From positions 60,266,001-60,330,000 of the forward strand of contig CM059438.1 of the NCBI GenBank assembly GCA_030390025.1: DNA of 64,000 nucleotides, read 5' to 3'. Shown here piece after piece: positions 62,205 to 64,000 of the stretch (its first letter is position 1; the number at the start of each line of letters is the position of its first letter). The position numbers were made by a program, and so were the translations under genes. The notes under the pieces are model-generated. The model saw only the letters and a program-made list of their open reading frames with translations, searched no databases and was not told the origin of the DNA. The DNA comes from Squalus acanthias (taxonomy: Eukaryota).

Positions 62205-62339
62205 CTGAAACAGGAGATTCTAGTTTTATTTCAACTAACAATGTTCGTCCATTAAAGATTTTACACACTGTGGCCACTCTGGGGGTGGGTGGCTTAACTT
62301 TTTAGTTTTTTTTTAAAGCTGCATTGTGCTTAAGGTCCT

Positions 62340-62755
62340 GGGTTCAAGTCCCACTCCAGAGACTTGAGCGCATAATCCAGGCTGACACTACACTGCAGTA
62401 CTGAGGGAGTGCTGCACTGTCGGAGGTGCCGGCTTTCGGATGAGACGTTAAACCGAGGCCGCGTCAGCCCTCTCAGTTGGATGTAAAAGATCCCACGGCA
62501 CTATTTCGAAGAAGAGCAGGGGGGAGTTCTCCCCGGTGTCCTGGCCAATATTTATCCTTCAACCAACATCACTAAAACAGATTATCTGGTCATTATCACA
62601 TTGCTGTTTGTGGGATCTTGCTGTGCGCAAATTGGCTGCCGCGTTTCCTACATTACAACAGTGACGCCACTTTTAAAACTACTTCGTTGGCTGTGAAGCA
62701 CTTTGGGACATCCTGACGCCGTGAACGGCGCTATAGAAATGCAAGTCTTTCTTTC
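62340..62755 (+). mobile_element. SacSINE1-like Deu-SINE (BSPRY intron)
   Basis: B-box GGTTCAAGTCC, Deu domain, tail gcgctatagaaatgcaagtctttctttc. Confidence 0.85.
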
Positions 62756-63409
62756 AGAGGTGAAGGTAATAGTGCTGGGGAATGGAACGTTTTACACTTG
62801 AGGCCATGGTGTCAGCATCAGGAGATGCAGAGTGAAGCTTTCTCTCTTCTCGGCCCCAATGATACACCTCCACCACAGAACAGTGCCCCCTACTGCACCG
62901 GTGTCACATTTCATTCCCATAGCAACCATCGTTAGGCCCATCTCAGTGACGCTGCCAATTAGCACCGGTTTTATGCTGAAGGCCCATACTCACTGGATTG
63001 ACTCGTCCCACACACACTTTCCATTGAACCCTTACAGTCAGTAAACAGAGGACACTTCCACCCCATCAGGCTGAGCCTGGGTCTGAACCCCTGCCCCAAA
63101 GGTCAAGGACCAGTAGCCTAACCCATTGTGCCACCGAGTTCACCAGCTGGGACTTCATTTGCAGAAGAATCACATTAAAAATCACAGACTAAAAAATGAC
63201 GTGAGGGGAAGTGACTGTCTGAACTCACAGTCCTCAGGGTTAGAAGGTGAGGATGGATGGAAGCTCCTTGCTTATTGCCCCAGGTTGATGACTGTGTCCT
63301 GACTGACAAGACAGTTGGTTTAGGTAATCCCTCCCAGTAACTTTGCTCGATCATTTCAAACAAAAAGCATTTTTAAATCCGCAGATTGATGGCAACAACG
63401 GCAGTTTAT

Positions 63410-63785
63410 TGGCGGCCGTGCTTTCAGCTACCGGGGCCCTAAGCTCTGGAATTCCCTCCCTAAACCTCTCCGCCTCCCTCTCATCCTTTAAGCCGCTCCT
63501 TAAAACCTACCTCTTTGACCAGGCTTTTGGTCACCTGTCCTAATATCTCTTTCTGTAGCTCGGTGTCTAATTTCGTTTGATAACGCTCCTGTGAAGCGCC
63601 TTGGGACAGTGTATTACGTTAAAGGTGCTATATAAATGCAAGTTGTTGTTGCTGTTTACATCCCTATCAAGGGATATGGGTCAAAGGCGGGTAAATGGAG
63701 TTGAGATACAGATCGGCCATGATCTAATTGAATGGCGGAACAGGCTCGAGGGGCTGAATGGCCTGCTCCTGTTCCTATGTTCCGT
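63410..63785 (+). mobile_element. L2 3' end followed by a CR1 3' end
   Basis: FKPLLKTYLFDQAF and the L2 tail, then CR1 3' UTR. Confidence 0.8.
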
Positions 63786-64000
63786 AAAGTTTACAAAATT
63801 TCAGTATATTCCTCATAGCTACAAGAAGTCTGATTGGATCATTTATCCAATCAAATGATTTGAACTCAAACCCCAAACGCACTATTTTAGTGAGAATGCT
63901 GTATTGCTTACTGCTGATGTGAATGAATCAATCAGGTGTTCAGAGATGCACTCACTGGCCATAAGAAATAGGAGCAGGAGTTGGCCATACGGCCCCTCGA

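Noticed and set aside
62205..62277. First ~24 codons of ORF 61678..62277
   Set aside because: Intronic; BSPRY similarity starts after the acceptor at 62205.

Overview
Repeat-dense vertebrate DNA, very probably from a cartilaginous fish (shark): it carries HE1/V-SINEs, SacSINE1-like Deu-SINEs, CR1 and L2 LINEs and Harbinger elements. Recognisable host genes are HDHD3 (single coding exon, 45845-46561, minus) and the last PRY-SPRY exon of BSPRY (61678-62204, minus). Two things the ORF track misses stand out. (1) A small multi-exon gene on the plus strand (34534-40893). It splices, with canonical GT-AG phase-1 introns, into a 139-aa secreted precursor: signal peptide, acidic propiece, KR, a +11 amphipathic peptide ([28 protein letters not shown]) and an acidic tail of net charge -11. 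This is a candidate undescribed shark antimicrobial (host-defence) peptide gene, with a duplicated alternative C-terminal exon. (2) A pol-less endogenous retrovirus-like element (1-5114, minus). Its gag ends in a CAA-UGA-CUAG readthrough context leading into a non-Pol ORF. An uninterrupted env of at least 517 codons follows, with a signal peptide, an Ig-like domain, a furin site and a Mononegavirales-F-like fusion subunit (lokiretrovirus-like). The 5-30.5 kb region is a nested set of tandem and inverted segmental duplications with 52-bp minisatellites, solo LTRs and MITEs. All calls are from reading the sequence by eye; no searches were run, and repeat boundaries are approximate unless target-site duplications are quoted.
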